A DNA stretch of 64,000 bases, taken from the NCBI GenBank assembly GCA_963765495.1, contig CAVXWP010000002.1:96001-160000 (forward strand), written 5' to 3'. Shown piece by piece: positions 37,158 through 46,955 of this stretch. Below the pieces are notes generated by a model. The model was not told where the DNA came from. It saw only the letters and a list, made by a program, of their open reading frames with translations, and ran no database searches. The translations under genes were made by a program, and so were the position numbers. Source of the stretch: Blastocatellia bacterium. GTDB taxonomy: Bacteria > Acidobacteriota > Blastocatellia > UBA7656. Each line of letters begins with the position of its first letter. Position 1 is the stretch's first letter.

Positions 37158-37928
37158 TTATGCAGCGTCCCGAAAGACGATACTCAGACACGTCAAAGCG
37201 CCTTCCGCCTTTCCCAGTTCCGAAGTGTCAATCGCTTCGACTCTCGGTGCCACGCGACTCACGATTTCGATAGTCCTCTGAAATCCCGCCTGAACGCACG
37301 CTGTTTCATCGATTCGTAGTATGTTGGCTGACCACGGTTCTTCAATCGGCGTGAACAGACGGTTGAACCCCTTGAAAATATCGGGGTCCACCCAGTCTCG
37401 ATTTATCAGCAACGTCTCGTCATCGATTGCGGTGCAGGCGGATTTGATGTGCAGACTTCCGCTGGTTTTAACCGGCACTACCTCATACCCGAACGGCTTA
37501 ATTACCATCGCCAGTTCGTTGATGCCTTGAAGATTTGTCCGACTCGATTCGCCAACAAACAATCTCCTGCCGATCCTCAAAACATCTCCGCCTTCGATTG
37601 TAGCCGGAAAAGAGAGACGGGCAATTTCGCGATACTCGGACAACTCGCGCTCAATCAGCGCGGGTTCACCCCGGCGCGAAGCCACACCCATGCTACAGAT
37701 TACCGCAATCTCATCAAGCACAATGGCGGTATCTTCAACAAAGCAGGAATCAGGAAACGCGAGATTTTCGGAGAGCTTTTTGACCGAGACTCCGAGCCTG
37801 CTCAAGACATCGCAGTATTGATCGTGCTGGCGAACGGCCAGTTGATGATCAATCGGCAGTCTCTCAACAAACGTAAGCTCGCACGCTGAGATTCTCGGGG
37901 ATACTTCGTGTGTTATCGCTCTAAGCAT
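37158..37928 (-). CDS. Dimethylargininase (DDAH)
   Basis: FPDSCFVEDTA, SRRGE, EGGDV, LHIKS, EGALTCLS. Confidence 0.88.
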   Translation of the reverse strand: MLRAITHEVSPRISACELTFVERLPIDHQLAVRQHDQYCDVLSRLGVSVKKLSENLAFPDSCFVEDTAIVLDEIAVICSMGVASRRGEPALIERELSEYREIARLSFPATIEGGDVLRIGRRLFVGESSRTNLQGINELAMVIKPFGYEVVPVKTSGSLHIKSACTAIDDETLLINRDWVDPDIFKGFNRLFTPIEEPWSANILRIDETACVQAGFQRTIEIVSRVAPRVEAIDTSELGKAEGALTCLSIVFRDAA

Positions 37929-37968
37929 AGGATCAGATTCAAAAGACGCATCTTGCGTAAGTCACCTC

Positions 37969-38610
37969 TTAACTCAGATAAAAATGCCAGAGAACGCGCG
38001 CGGCAACGGCCCTCCACGGACGCCAGTGCTGGCTGAGAACATCTATTTCCTGCTCGGTTGGCCTCATACTCAAACCTTTGATTTTCTGAATTGCCACTGC
38101 CAGCGCCAGATCGCCTCTTGGCCAGATGTCCTGTCTCTTGAGCGCCATCAGCAGATAAATGTCAGAGGTCCATCTGCCGATGCCCTTTATCTTCATCAAC
38201 TCTGATCTGACCCGATCATCAGGCAATAAACCAAGCCCTTCAAGATCGAGCCGCCCCTCGATTATTGCCTGCGCAAGCAGTCGACCGTAGACGGTTTTCT
38301 GCCGACTGAAGCCGATTGCCTTCAACTCGGAATCCGTCAATAGGAGGAACCCTTCGGGAGTCAAAGGAGAAACAGCCGCGATCAATCTGTTGAATGCCGC
38401 CTGGGCCGATCTGAGAGAGACCTGTTGCTCAAGAATTATATGGATGAGTGTGGGAAATCCGGGCTGGCGCTCCCACATCGGTGGAGGCCCAAGACGATTG
38501 ACTATACCGGCGAGGCAAGGGTCGCGGTCGGCCAGATGGCTCACGCCTTTTAGGAGCGTCACCTGTGTCAAAACTACCGGCCCGTTATCGGTCTTGTGTG
38601 TCTCTAACAT
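37969..38610 (-). CDS. DNA-3-methyladenine glycosylase II (AlkA/HhH-GPD family)
   Basis: ILEQQVS, IKGIGRWT, PRGDLAL, WRPWR. Confidence 0.88.
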   Translation of the reverse strand: MLETHKTDNGPVVLTQVTLLKGVSHLADRDPCLAGIVNRLGPPPMWERQPGFPTLIHIILEQQVSLRSAQAAFNRLIAAVSPLTPEGFLLLTDSELKAIGFSRQKTVYGRLLAQAIIEGRLDLEGLGLLPDDRVRSELMKIKGIGRWTSDIYLLMALKRQDIWPRGDLALAVAIQKIKGLSMRPTEQEIDVLSQHWRPWRAVAARVLWHFYLS

Positions 38611-38685
38611 CGGGAATGGATTATAGCAGCCGGTCTCGTTCTTTCAGAACCCTCAAAGAATAGCGGCGGTTCAGATGATGGCAGG

Positions 38686-39591
38686 TCATCGCATGAGCGC
38701 AAAATACCTGCCGTTCCAGACGTATGTACTACCGAGAAGGCGGCGCTTATAGAGAGTATAAACGGTAAATCGCGGCGCAAGCCGCCCGTTGCGAATTATC
38801 CGAGGTGCTCTCCAGCGGGAAGCCATCCTCTCATCCGGGCCGTCACTACCAAAAACATAACTGTCATACCCGAATCGATTGGTGAGTTTGCTTGCTTCCT
38901 TAAACAGGCTCTTAGGCACGGCGCGATGCGTGCGCGGCGATATGGTATAAGCCTCGAACGTGACGAAAGGCGATGGCGGCATCGTTCCGTCATAAGTATC
39001 TGTTTCAATTATGATGAGTTTTTCGCCGTTGTGATTCGCCAGCAGCATGTTTACTGGCGCGTCTATTCGCGAGAAGTACCCGTCAAGAACCTGAGTCGCG
39101 TAAACCCGCTGGCCAACGCGTTGCAAGATAAAGGCATTTAACGTACCGAAGCTATACCAGATGCAAGGGTCCGCCACCATCACCAGTCGCGTCGAATCGT
39201 CGCCGTAAATATTTGTGCGATAGAGCAACTCTGCGGCTTCCTCATCAGTCGCCGGGCGCGCTTCCTGTGTTACGGCGCAGACGTTCAGGGCTTTGACTGG
39301 AGCGGCCCACCATTCGGGGTCGTTGAATGTTGACTCCAGTTCCAGCGCATAATCTTTCAGCGCCTCGTCTCGCTCAGGTGCTCCACGGTTGTCATCGTCA
39401 CTTCCCGCACATTCATATTCCAGTTTGGGGACGGCTCTGAGCGCCGAAAGCGCCTGTGGGCTACAACGCGGCGACGGTTTTTCGTTGCTGCGCTGGACGG
39501 CAGAAACGGCGTGGGCGAAAGACGGCAATATCAGCGAACCGGCAAGCAGCACAGGCAGGCAAAGGGCACGGCTTCGATTTATCATTTGCAT
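38686..39591 (-). CDS. Exported hypothetical protein
   Basis: Signal peptide, 301 aa. Confidence 0.7.
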   Translation of the reverse strand: MQMINRSRALCLPVLLAGSLILPSFAHAVSAVQRSNEKPSPRCSPQALSALRAVPKLEYECAGSDDDNRGAPERDEALKDYALELESTFNDPEWWAAPVKALNVCAVTQEARPATDEEAAELLYRTNIYGDDSTRLVMVADPCIWYSFGTLNAFILQRVGQRVYATQVLDGYFSRIDAPVNMLLANHNGEKLIIIETDTYDGTMPPSPFVTFEAYTISPRTHRAVPKSLFKEASKLTNRFGYDSYVFGSDGPDERMASRWRAPRIIRNGRLAPRFTVYTLYKRRLLGSTYVWNGRYFALMR

Positions 39592-39627
39592 ATTCTCTCA
39601 GCGATTGTTTTACGCTTGCGCTTTCTT

Positions 39628-40032
39628 TTAGCGATACTGCCTCTTGAGTAGCTGATGTCCAAATCCTTCATTCGACAATATCAATCCGGCGCGAGTGATC
39701 TTGCCGGTAAACTTGCTCCCCGGTGCGCCAGGATCGTCTTTAGGCAAAGTAAACTCAATGTTCATGCCGACTCGCTCTACCCTGACAAGCACAGGGTCAT
39801 TTGCTACACCGGAGGCGATTACAACGGTAGCCCACTCCCCGCCATAAACCGGGGTGATTATCACTTCCATTCCGCCGACGTCTCCGGTTTCAGGTTCAAG
39901 AGCCAGGTTGCTGTAGATTTCAGGCACGCCCCAGGCCGACACGCGATGGCGCTTTTTTTGAGCGACCGCGCCTGACGCGAGCACCGCTAAGAAAAGGGTA
40001 ATTACTATGATTCGAAGAGTTGGTTTAAGCAT
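39628..40032 (-). CDS. Exported hypothetical protein
   Basis: Signal peptide ending AVA/Q; YSNL...ETGDVGGME. Confidence 0.7.
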   Translation of the reverse strand: MLKPTLRIIVITLFLAVLASGAVAQKKRHRVSAWGVPEIYSNLALEPETGDVGGMEVIITPVYGGEWATVVIASGVANDPVLVRVERVGMNIEFTLPKDDPGAPGSKFTGKITRAGLILSNEGFGHQLLKRQYR

Positions 40033-40226
40033 AAATCATCCTGATAGAAATTCACACCTCGCTGACCCTACTCTATCTTGCGAAGATTCTCAAATCATGA
40101 TTATATGCGCCTGTTTCCGGATTGAAGTAAAGGAGTAGAACCACTTCCCGCAATCAATATCGCAGTTCGAAGTTTGATGCAGAAAGATAGTTGTGCCAAG
40201 ACATTTCTATCGAGAGATTAAATATC

Positions 40227-40856
40227 ATGGATGCCCCTTCCCCGCCAAAAAAAGACTGGACCCTGACTCAAAGCGCATTTGATAAATTGCTTGTTATTTT
40301 GAACCCCGACCGCGAGAGGGCAGCAGAAAAATACGAAATTATCCGCAAAAGGCTTATTACCTTCTTCGAATGTCGGGGTTGTACGGTTGCGGAAGATTGC
40401 GCCGATGTAACTATTAATCGAGTTGCCAGAAAGATTAGCGAAGGCAAGGAGATCTATTCCGGCGACCCGGCCTCCTTCTTTTTCGGGGTGGCGCACAAAA
40501 TTCTATTGGAATATTGGCAACGCTTGCCGAAGGATTCTAAGCCTCTCGAGGATGTGCTGATCGAAAGGCAGGGTTCAAAATCTCTGGATGAAACGAACGC
40601 AGATGAAGAGGAGCGCAGGGGGAGCGATCAGAGGTTCGAGTGCCTGGAATTGTGCCTCCAGGGGCTCGATCCCAACAATCGAAAAGTGATTTTGCGGTAT
40701 TATCAGGGAGAAACCGCAATAAAGATTAAAAACAGGCAGACTCTGGCAGAAGAACTCAGCATAACATTGAATACATTGAGAATTCGTGCCTTACGAATCA
40801 GGAAAAGGCTTGAGGGTTGCATCGACGATTGTCTCAAGCGATTACCCCTTGTATGA
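40227..40856 (+). CDS. ECF-type RNA polymerase sigma factor
   Basis: Region 2 AEDCADVTINRVARK...FFFGVAHKILLEY; region 4 CLQGLDPNNRKVILRYY...LAEELSITLNTLRIRALRIRKRL. Confidence 0.85.
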   Translation: MDAPSPPKKDWTLTQSAFDKLLVILNPDRERAAEKYEIIRKRLITFFECRGCTVAEDCADVTINRVARKISEGKEIYSGDPASFFFGVAHKILLEYWQRLPKDSKPLEDVLIERQGSKSLDETNADEEERRGSDQRFECLELCLQGLDPNNRKVILRYYQGETAIKIKNRQTLAEELSITLNTLRIRALRIRKRLEGCIDDCLKRLPLV

Positions 40857-40884
40857 AATGAAATTCTGTTTTGGCCAATAACTA

Positions 40885-43800
40885 ATGGGCGATCAAGACG
40901 CGAAAATGAATACAGATACAGATAAAACTGATCTGTTGATCGAGTATCTCTTAAGCAATTTAGCTGAGGAAGAAATGCTACGCATTGAAGAACAATTCTT
41001 TGTTGATGACATTGCGTATGAATCTCTTGAGTGCGCCGAGTATGAGTTGATAGACAGATACGTACAAGGCGAGCTTTCCAAAGAGCAGCAAGAGAAGTTC
41101 GAGCGATTATTTCTTTCCGTACCAGGCCGCCGCAAGAAACTGGAGGTTGCCATAGCTCTGAGCAAGTATGGTTCAACAGACGAAGAAATGGAAACCCGGG
41201 AGAGAACCGATAATAAGGGTAATCCTTTTCTGTTATCCCAGTTATTTTCGAATACTTATCTGAGGTTGGCCGCTTTTGTCGTTATAGGGCTTGGAGTCGG
41301 ATTTGGGACGTGGTATTCGTTCTTTTACAATTCGGGAATAAGTAAAGGGATGGCTGCGCTCGACAGTGCTTATCGTGACGGGCGTCCCGTTGAGTCTCGC
41401 ATATCCGGGTTGAGCTATGCGCCGTGGTCAGCCACAAGAGCCGGAGGTCTGCCCGATGGAGAGCCAACCCATCGCGAGCTTGCCGAACGGCTGTTGCTTG
41501 AGGCCGTGGCGGACCACCCCGACGCCGCATCTCATCACGCGCTCGGGCAGTTATATCTGGCTGAACGACAATTTGATAAAGCCATCGCGCAATTCAACGC
41601 GGCATTACAGTCAGCCCCGTCAAACCCGGGGCTTCAAAGCGATCTCGGAGCGGCGCTGTTTGAAAAGGGCAAAGCGAATAGATCAGGCGATGACTCAAAT
41701 AAGAATGCAGAACTGTTTGCCGAAAGTCTTCAACATCTCAATGAAGCTTTGAAGCTGGATTCCTCGCGACTGGATGCGCTCTATAATCGCGCCCTCCTGC
41801 ATCAGGAGATGAGGTTGCCCGAGCAGGCAAAAGAAGATTGGCAAAAGTATCTTGAGCAGGACTCCACATCGCAATGGACGGAAGAGGCAAGACGCAACCT
41901 GAGAAGAATAGAAGAACAATCGGGCAAAGTCTCTCAGAGTAAGGAGGAGATACTTGGAGCCTTTTTAAAAGCCTACGAGGCCAGAGACGACCGCGCGATG
42001 TGGGAGGTTATAGGTCAGAACAAGGATGTTATTTCAGAAAAGGACGTCTCGTCTCAGTTATTAAATTCATATTTCAATTCTTTGGCCAACAATCAAGAAG
42101 GTGAGGCCGCTCGAACGCTTCAAACATTGGCTTATGTTGGAGAGTTGGAGACCCAAAAAGCGGGTGATCCCTACCTGTCTGGTCTTGCTGAGTTTTACCG
42201 GCAGTCGCCTCGCAGCAAACTTCAGATGATTGCACAGGCTCGCGAACTGATAAGGGTCGGACACGACAACTACTTTCAGGAGAATATGACACAGGCCGTT
42301 GAGGCTTACCGCAAAGCCGGAACGATATTCGGCGATACCGGCGATAGATGGGAAGCTCTGACGGCAGATTACTGGACAGGGTATGCTCTTCTGGAAGACT
42401 CCAAGACACTCCAAAGCCTGCCATATCTATCGCAACTAACCCAAATCTGCGAAAGGGAGAATTACAAGTGGCTGCTTGCTCGTACTCTGCTTTCGCTTTC
42501 GAGCGCGCAATTCAATCTGAATGAATACTCAAAGGCTATCGAATACAATCATCGTTCGTTAAAACTTGCCAGGGAGATAGAGGATTTAATCGGCACATTC
42601 AACGCCTTGAGTGTCTTGATCGAGTATTACCGCTACATCGGCAACTATCAACAATCTCTATATTGCATTCAGCAGAGTCTGCCTCTGTTTGATTCCCCCT
42701 CGTTGAACCCGACGCAAATCTGGCGACACTGCTCGATAATCGCATGGGCATACAACTCCGCAGGGTTTTATGACGCGGCAACGGATTATCAAAAAGAAGT
42801 TCTACTCTACGCCGAGGCAAGGCAGGAGTCTTCGATGATTTGCGTCTCTTATGTGCACCTCGGATTGATATGCGGAAGAAAAGGGGATTACAGCGAGGCG
42901 CTTGCAAACGCCCAACTCGCCTATCAGAGAGCGGGAGAGATTCCGAACAAGGATATAAGCAACCAGATGATGGCCTACGTATCACTGCAAATGGGCCATA
43001 TCTACAGGCAAGGCGGAGATCTCGAAAATGCCCTCTCCAGGTATGACGATTCAATTGAACTATATAAGGCATCTGAATTCTCTACACATCTATATCAAGC
43101 TCATAAGGGCAGGCTTTACTGTTATATCTCAGAAGGTAAGGATCATCTGGTCAAAGAAGAGTTGCAAACAACATTGAATCTCATTGACAAGAATCGTTCA
43201 ACCATACTTGAAGAAGACAATCGAAACAATTTCTTTGACATCGAGCAGAGTGTATACGATCTGGCGATGGATTATCTGTATTCAAAGATGAACGATGCGG
43301 AGGGAGCCTTCGCGCTCTCTGAGGACTCCCGCGCAAGGTCACTGCTCGATTCCATGAATTCTGAGGTAAAGACTTTTGAGGAAGACGGCTCAACAAAGAT
43401 CAGTGTTGAAGCAATTTCTCACTCGCTCGCGCTCACAGACATCCAGCAACATCTGCCTGAACATGCTCAAATACTCCAGTACGCCGTGCTCGGTGACAAG
43501 GTAATAATGTGGGTTGTCACAAGAACCGGCATTCAGACCGTAAAGCAAGATATTATCGAAGAAGAGTTAAATAGAAAGATCGGCAACTTTGTCGGATCAA
43601 TTTCTGCCCCGTCTGATGGCAAAGACCAAGACATCGACGTTGCCGCAAGAGATCTGTATGACATTCTACTCAAACCCGTAGAGCCATTCTTGGACAGAGG
43701 CAAACAACTCTGCATAGTGCCGGACAAGGCTCTCAATACCCTGCCCTTCGACGCGCTCGTTTCTACGAGTTCGGGCAATTATTTGATAGAGGATTACTGT

Positions 43801-44523
43801 CTGGGATGCGCGCCGAGTTCGACCGTCTTTCTTCTATGTTGCGAGCGCGCAGCCGGGAAAGATGCGGCGAAAACCGAAAGGCTGCTTGCGGTAGGCAATC
43901 CGCGCTTTGACCGCAACACTTTCCCCGCGCTACTCGATATATCTTCGGCCCGTAGAGAGGCCGAGGGCATCGCTAAATTTTATGATTCAAAATCGGTCCT
44001 GACCGAGCCTGCCGCCCGAAAAAGGCCGGTTATATCCGAGATGGAAAAAGCCGACATCATTCATTTCGCCCTCCACTGCATCATCAATGAAGAAGCGCCT
44101 ATGCATTCGAAACTGGTGCTGGCGAAAGCCTCCAACGCAGATTCCGATGAGAATGAGGCAGACGGCGTTTTGCAATATTACGAGATATACAAAATAAAGC
44201 TGCCGCAAACACGAATGGTAGTGCTTTCGGCCTGTCAAACGGCGGTCAACCGCTATTACGGCGGTGAAGGGATGCTGAGCATCGCGCGCCCTTTTCTGGT
44301 CTCAGGAGTCCCGCTAGTTGTCGCAAGCCTCTGGAGGGTTGATTCCGTCTCCACGGCAGAATTGATGATCAGATTTCACGAGCACCGCAAGAGAGATAAT
44401 CTCTCATCAGCCGAAGCCCTCAGACGCGCTCAACTCGATATGCTCAAGGGGTCCGAAGAGAGCTACCGTCGTCCCTATTATTGGGCAGCCTTTATCGCAC
44501 TGGGCGGATGGACCAGCTATTAG
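40885..44523 (+). CDS. Anti-sigma-like N-terminus + TM + TPR repeats + CHAT (caspase-like) protease
   Basis: YLLSNL...ELIDRYVQGELS...FERLF; TM LAAFVVIGLGVGFGTWY; many TPRs; VPDKALNTLPFDAL, IHFALHC, VVLSACQT, VVASLWRVD, PYYWAAF. Confidence 0.9.
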   Translation: MGDQDAKMNTDTDKTDLLIEYLLSNLAEEEMLRIEEQFFVDDIAYESLECAEYELIDRYVQGELSKEQQEKFERLFLSVPGRRKKLEVAIALSKYGSTDEEMETRERTDNKGNPFLLSQLFSNTYLRLAAFVVIGLGVGFGTWYSFFYNSGISKGMAALDSAYRDGRPVESRISGLSYAPWSATRAGGLPDGEPTHRELAERLLLEAVADHPDAASHHALGQLYLAERQFDKAIAQFNAALQSAPSNPGLQSDLGAALFEKGKANRSGDDSNKNAELFAESLQHLNEALKLDSSRLDALYNRALLHQEMRLPEQAKEDWQKYLEQDSTSQWTEEARRNLRRIEEQSGKVSQSKEEILGAFLKAYEARDDRAMWEVIGQNKDVISEKDVSSQLLNSYFNSLANNQEGEAARTLQTLAYVGELETQKAGDPYLSGLAEFYRQSPRSKLQMIAQARELIRVGHDNYFQENMTQAVEAYRKAGTIFGDTGDRWEALTADYWTGYALLEDSKTLQSLPYLSQLTQICERENYKWLLARTLLSLSSAQFNLNEYSKAIEYNHRSLKLAREIEDLIGTFNALSVLIEYYRYIGNYQQSLYCIQQSLPLFDSPSLNPTQIWRHCSIIAWAYNSAGFYDAATDYQKEVLLYAEARQESSMICVSYVHLGLICGRKGDYSEALANAQLAYQRAGEIPNKDISNQMMAYVSLQMGHIYRQGGDLENALSRYDDSIELYKASEFSTHLYQAHKGRLYCYISEGKDHLVKEELQTTLNLIDKNRSTILEEDNRNNFFDIEQSVYDLAMDYLYSKMNDAEGAFALSEDSRARSLLDSMNSEVKTFEEDGSTKISVEAISHSLALTDIQQHLPEHAQILQYAVLGDKVIMWVVTRTGIQTVKQDIIEEELNRKIGNFVGSISAPSDGKDQDIDVAARDLYDILLKPVEPFLDRGKQLCIVPDKALNTLPFDALVSTSSGNYLIEDYCLGCAPSSTVFLLCCERAAGKDAAKTERLLAVGNPRFDRNTFPALLDISSARREAEGIAKFYDSKSVLTEPAARKRPVISEMEKADIIHFALHCIINEEAPMHSKLVLAKASNADSDENEADGVLQYYEIYKIKLPQTRMVVLSACQTAVNRYYGGEGMLSIARPFLVSGVPLVVASLWRVDSVSTAELMIRFHEHRKRDNLSSAEALRRAQLDMLKGSEESYRRPYYWAAFIALGGWTSY

Positions 44524-44595
44524 AGTGGATTGGCGTGCTGACCTGCTAATCCCAACTATTGGAGTTCAATTTATCGCTGAAAGGAGAAGACTAAA

Positions 44596-45558
44596 ATGAC
44601 AGCACATGTGATAGTAAAATTTGAAGGCCTTATGGTGTTTCACCGATGTCGGAGCACCAACCTTTATGAAGTTGGGATTTTGCAAAATGCTACTGGCCAC
44701 AAGCTAAGTATCTCTTACGCCCAATCAGGAGAATCAAATACAACCATTCCAGACTGGCGAATAGCCCAATTAAAGGGCGTTAATAAACACTGGGAACTTG
44801 ACTTGATAGACACGGAGACATCAACGCCCAGACGTGAACCGCATATACCTACGGGGTCACACCAGAATAGGCACGATTTAATGCCCGATGGCCGTCAATT
44901 CGATTTTAGCTGGATCATTGATCTTGAGAGTGAAGAATTCCACGGCCCAATCATGCATCCTATCAATATCAACGCGCTTAATCCGATTCTGCATCTGGGT
45001 AACGGCACGCTATCAACGCATTCCAAGACTGTTAGGCTGGACCGAAGAAGAGGGGCTAAATCTTATGAGAGATTTGGGTTTATAGCTGAAACAATAGCTC
45101 TATGCCTTGAATTTCGGGAGGGTGAAAAGGTTGTATTGAAGGTAAAAGATTCCGATGAAGAGGTTTTCCATTTAGAACATAGCCCCGGAGCCACTTATAG
45201 GGTGAACATTGTAAATTCATCAGGGCCTGCACATCCAGGGGACCCCGATCACTTCCAACTCTATTATGAGCATTTGTTTCCTAATATTGTCGAGAGGTTT
45301 GGGCTAAGGCTTCACACACCTCGTACTGAAGACGATTATCCACCCAACCCCTGTTTGGCACCGGGATTGACATGCATCCCTGCGACGGAGGAGCCTGAAA
45401 TGAAGGTAAGTCACGAACACAATGGTGAGAAACATACGGGGGAGGAAAACCACCACCATGTTATCGTTGAATCAACCGTCGCTGGTATTAATCTTACTGT
45501 AAACCCTTTCAGGTGTGGGGGTGTCGCCCTCGGCAACCGGCAAAACGATTTGCCGTGA
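44596..45558 (+). CDS. Hypothetical beta-rich protein downstream of the CHAT gene
   Basis: AAGGAG RBS; 320 aa; His-rich linker before the C-terminal PFRCGGVALG. Confidence 0.8.
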   Translation: MTAHVIVKFEGLMVFHRCRSTNLYEVGILQNATGHKLSISYAQSGESNTTIPDWRIAQLKGVNKHWELDLIDTETSTPRREPHIPTGSHQNRHDLMPDGRQFDFSWIIDLESEEFHGPIMHPININALNPILHLGNGTLSTHSKTVRLDRRRGAKSYERFGFIAETIALCLEFREGEKVVLKVKDSDEEVFHLEHSPGATYRVNIVNSSGPAHPGDPDHFQLYYEHLFPNIVERFGLRLHTPRTEDDYPPNPCLAPGLTCIPATEEPEMKVSHEHNGEKHTGEENHHHVIVESTVAGINLTVNPFRCGGVALGNRQNDLP

Positions 45559-45636
45559 ACTTGCTCCCATTGAAGACAGCGTCCTTCAGTTTTTGACCTG
45601 ATAGCAAAAGAGAGTGATAGTTATAAAGTTTGATTT

Positions 45637-45765
45637 GAAGAAAAAGCGAGTTGGAGTAAGCCACGGATGCGACAGATTTTCACAGATTAAATCATATAAG
45701 GTCTGATCTGCGAAAATCCATCGCATCCGCGTTCATCCGTGGCCTATTCCAACTCGCCTTTCTTC
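45637..45765. repeat. Long REP-like palindrome
   Basis: GAAGAAAAAGCGAGTTGGAGTAAGCCACGGATG versus CATCCGTGGCCTATTCCAACTCGCCTTTCTTC, plus inner nonamer pairing. Confidence 0.85.
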
Positions 45766-45833
45766 CATATACCGCTTCATCAATATTCGCAGGCCTATTC
45801 GGACATTAAAACCCGCCTCGAAGCCGATTCGAT

Positions 45834-45862
45834 TTGACGCTCGCTCGGATCATTAGTATGCT
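45834..45862 (+). promoter_or_regulatory. Sigma70-type promoter candidate for the cox operon
   Basis: TTGACG-N17-TATGCT. Confidence 0.55.
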
Positions 45863-46076
45863 ACGTTTCGTTGGGATTTTGGCTTTGTATCGGACAGTTC
45901 ATGACCGATATAACAGCCGGTTTTTAGGGGAAACAGGTCTAATAACCGCTTTTGTCTTGATTAGAGATTATTAGAGAAACCGACGGCCTTCGACCGGGGA
46001 TTCCGAAAACCCTTCGGTCACTACACAGGCATCGCACGCTCCACTCCGTATTGCGTTGCCGGGAGGAAAGCCCCCT

Positions 46077-46952
46077 ATGATTCCGCGTAGCTTTGAATAC
46101 TATGCGCCCGCCTCTCTCGATGAAACCATCTCGCTCCTTCAAAAGCTGGGGCCGGAGGCAAAGATACTCTCCGGCGGGCAAAGTCTGATACCGATGATGA
46201 AACTGAGGCTCGCTTCGCCTCAGTATATCGTTGACATCAATCGCTTACCTGATCTGAATTACATCTCAAACTCAGACGGCAATCTGAGAATCGGCGCGCT
46301 CGCGCGTGAGAGCGATCTCGAAGTCTCGCCCTTGATAAGATCCGGCTTCCCGCTGATTGCCGACACTACCGCGGTCATCGCCGATCCTCTTGTGCGGAAT
46401 CAGGCTACCGTATGCGGCAATCTGGCGCATGCCGACCCGGCAAACGATCATCCGGCTACGATGCTCGCGCTCGAAGCGACGATGGTCTTGCACGGGCCGG
46501 GTGGCGAGCGCACGGTGCCTATCGAGAGCTTCTTTACAGGGATGTTCTCTACCGCGCTTGAGCCCGACGAGATACTAAAGGAGATAAGGGTTCCGACCCC
46601 TCCTCCGATGAGCGGCGGAGCCTACCTCAAGCTTGAAAGAAAAGTCGGCGACTACGCTACGGCCGGCGTAGCCGTTCAGATAACGCTTGATGAGTCGGGC
46701 ACATGCACTCGGGCCGGGGTCGGTCTTACAAACGTCAGCTTCACTCCGCTCAAGGCGAAATCGGTAGAGGCTTTCCTCGTAGGCCGGATGCTCGACGACG
46801 CCACGATCAAACAGGCGTCAGAGCTTGCGGCCGAGGAATCGCAGCCTTTTGATGACATAAGGGGTTCGGCAGATTACAAGCGGGACATCGTTCGCGTTCT
46901 GACTGTGAGGGCATTGAACCGGGCGCTTGAGCGCGCGAAAGGAGGAGCCTGA
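46077..46952 (+). CDS. coxM: Aerobic CO dehydrogenase medium (FAD) subunit
   Basis: GGQSLIPMMKLRLA, VRNQATVCGNLAHADPAND, DIRGSADYK. Confidence 0.92.
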   Translation: MIPRSFEYYAPASLDETISLLQKLGPEAKILSGGQSLIPMMKLRLASPQYIVDINRLPDLNYISNSDGNLRIGALARESDLEVSPLIRSGFPLIADTTAVIADPLVRNQATVCGNLAHADPANDHPATMLALEATMVLHGPGGERTVPIESFFTGMFSTALEPDEILKEIRVPTPPPMSGGAYLKLERKVGDYATAGVAVQITLDESGTCTRAGVGLTNVSFTPLKAKSVEAFLVGRMLDDATIKQASELAAEESQPFDDIRGSADYKRDIVRVLTVRALNRALERAKGGA

Positions 46953-46955
46953 GCA

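Noticed and set aside
22277-38610. ada, AlkZ-like and AlkA-like genes as one alkylation-repair island
   Set aside because: Dispersed among unrelated genes and on different strands; no shared operator identified
44596-45558. Calling the CHAT-adjacent protein a gasdermin
   Set aside because: No recognisable gasdermin features by eye; this needs a structure search, so it is left unassigned
45863-46076. Moco riboswitch upstream of coxM
   Set aside because: I could not identify the conserved Moco RNA motif elements; kept only as an unassigned leader
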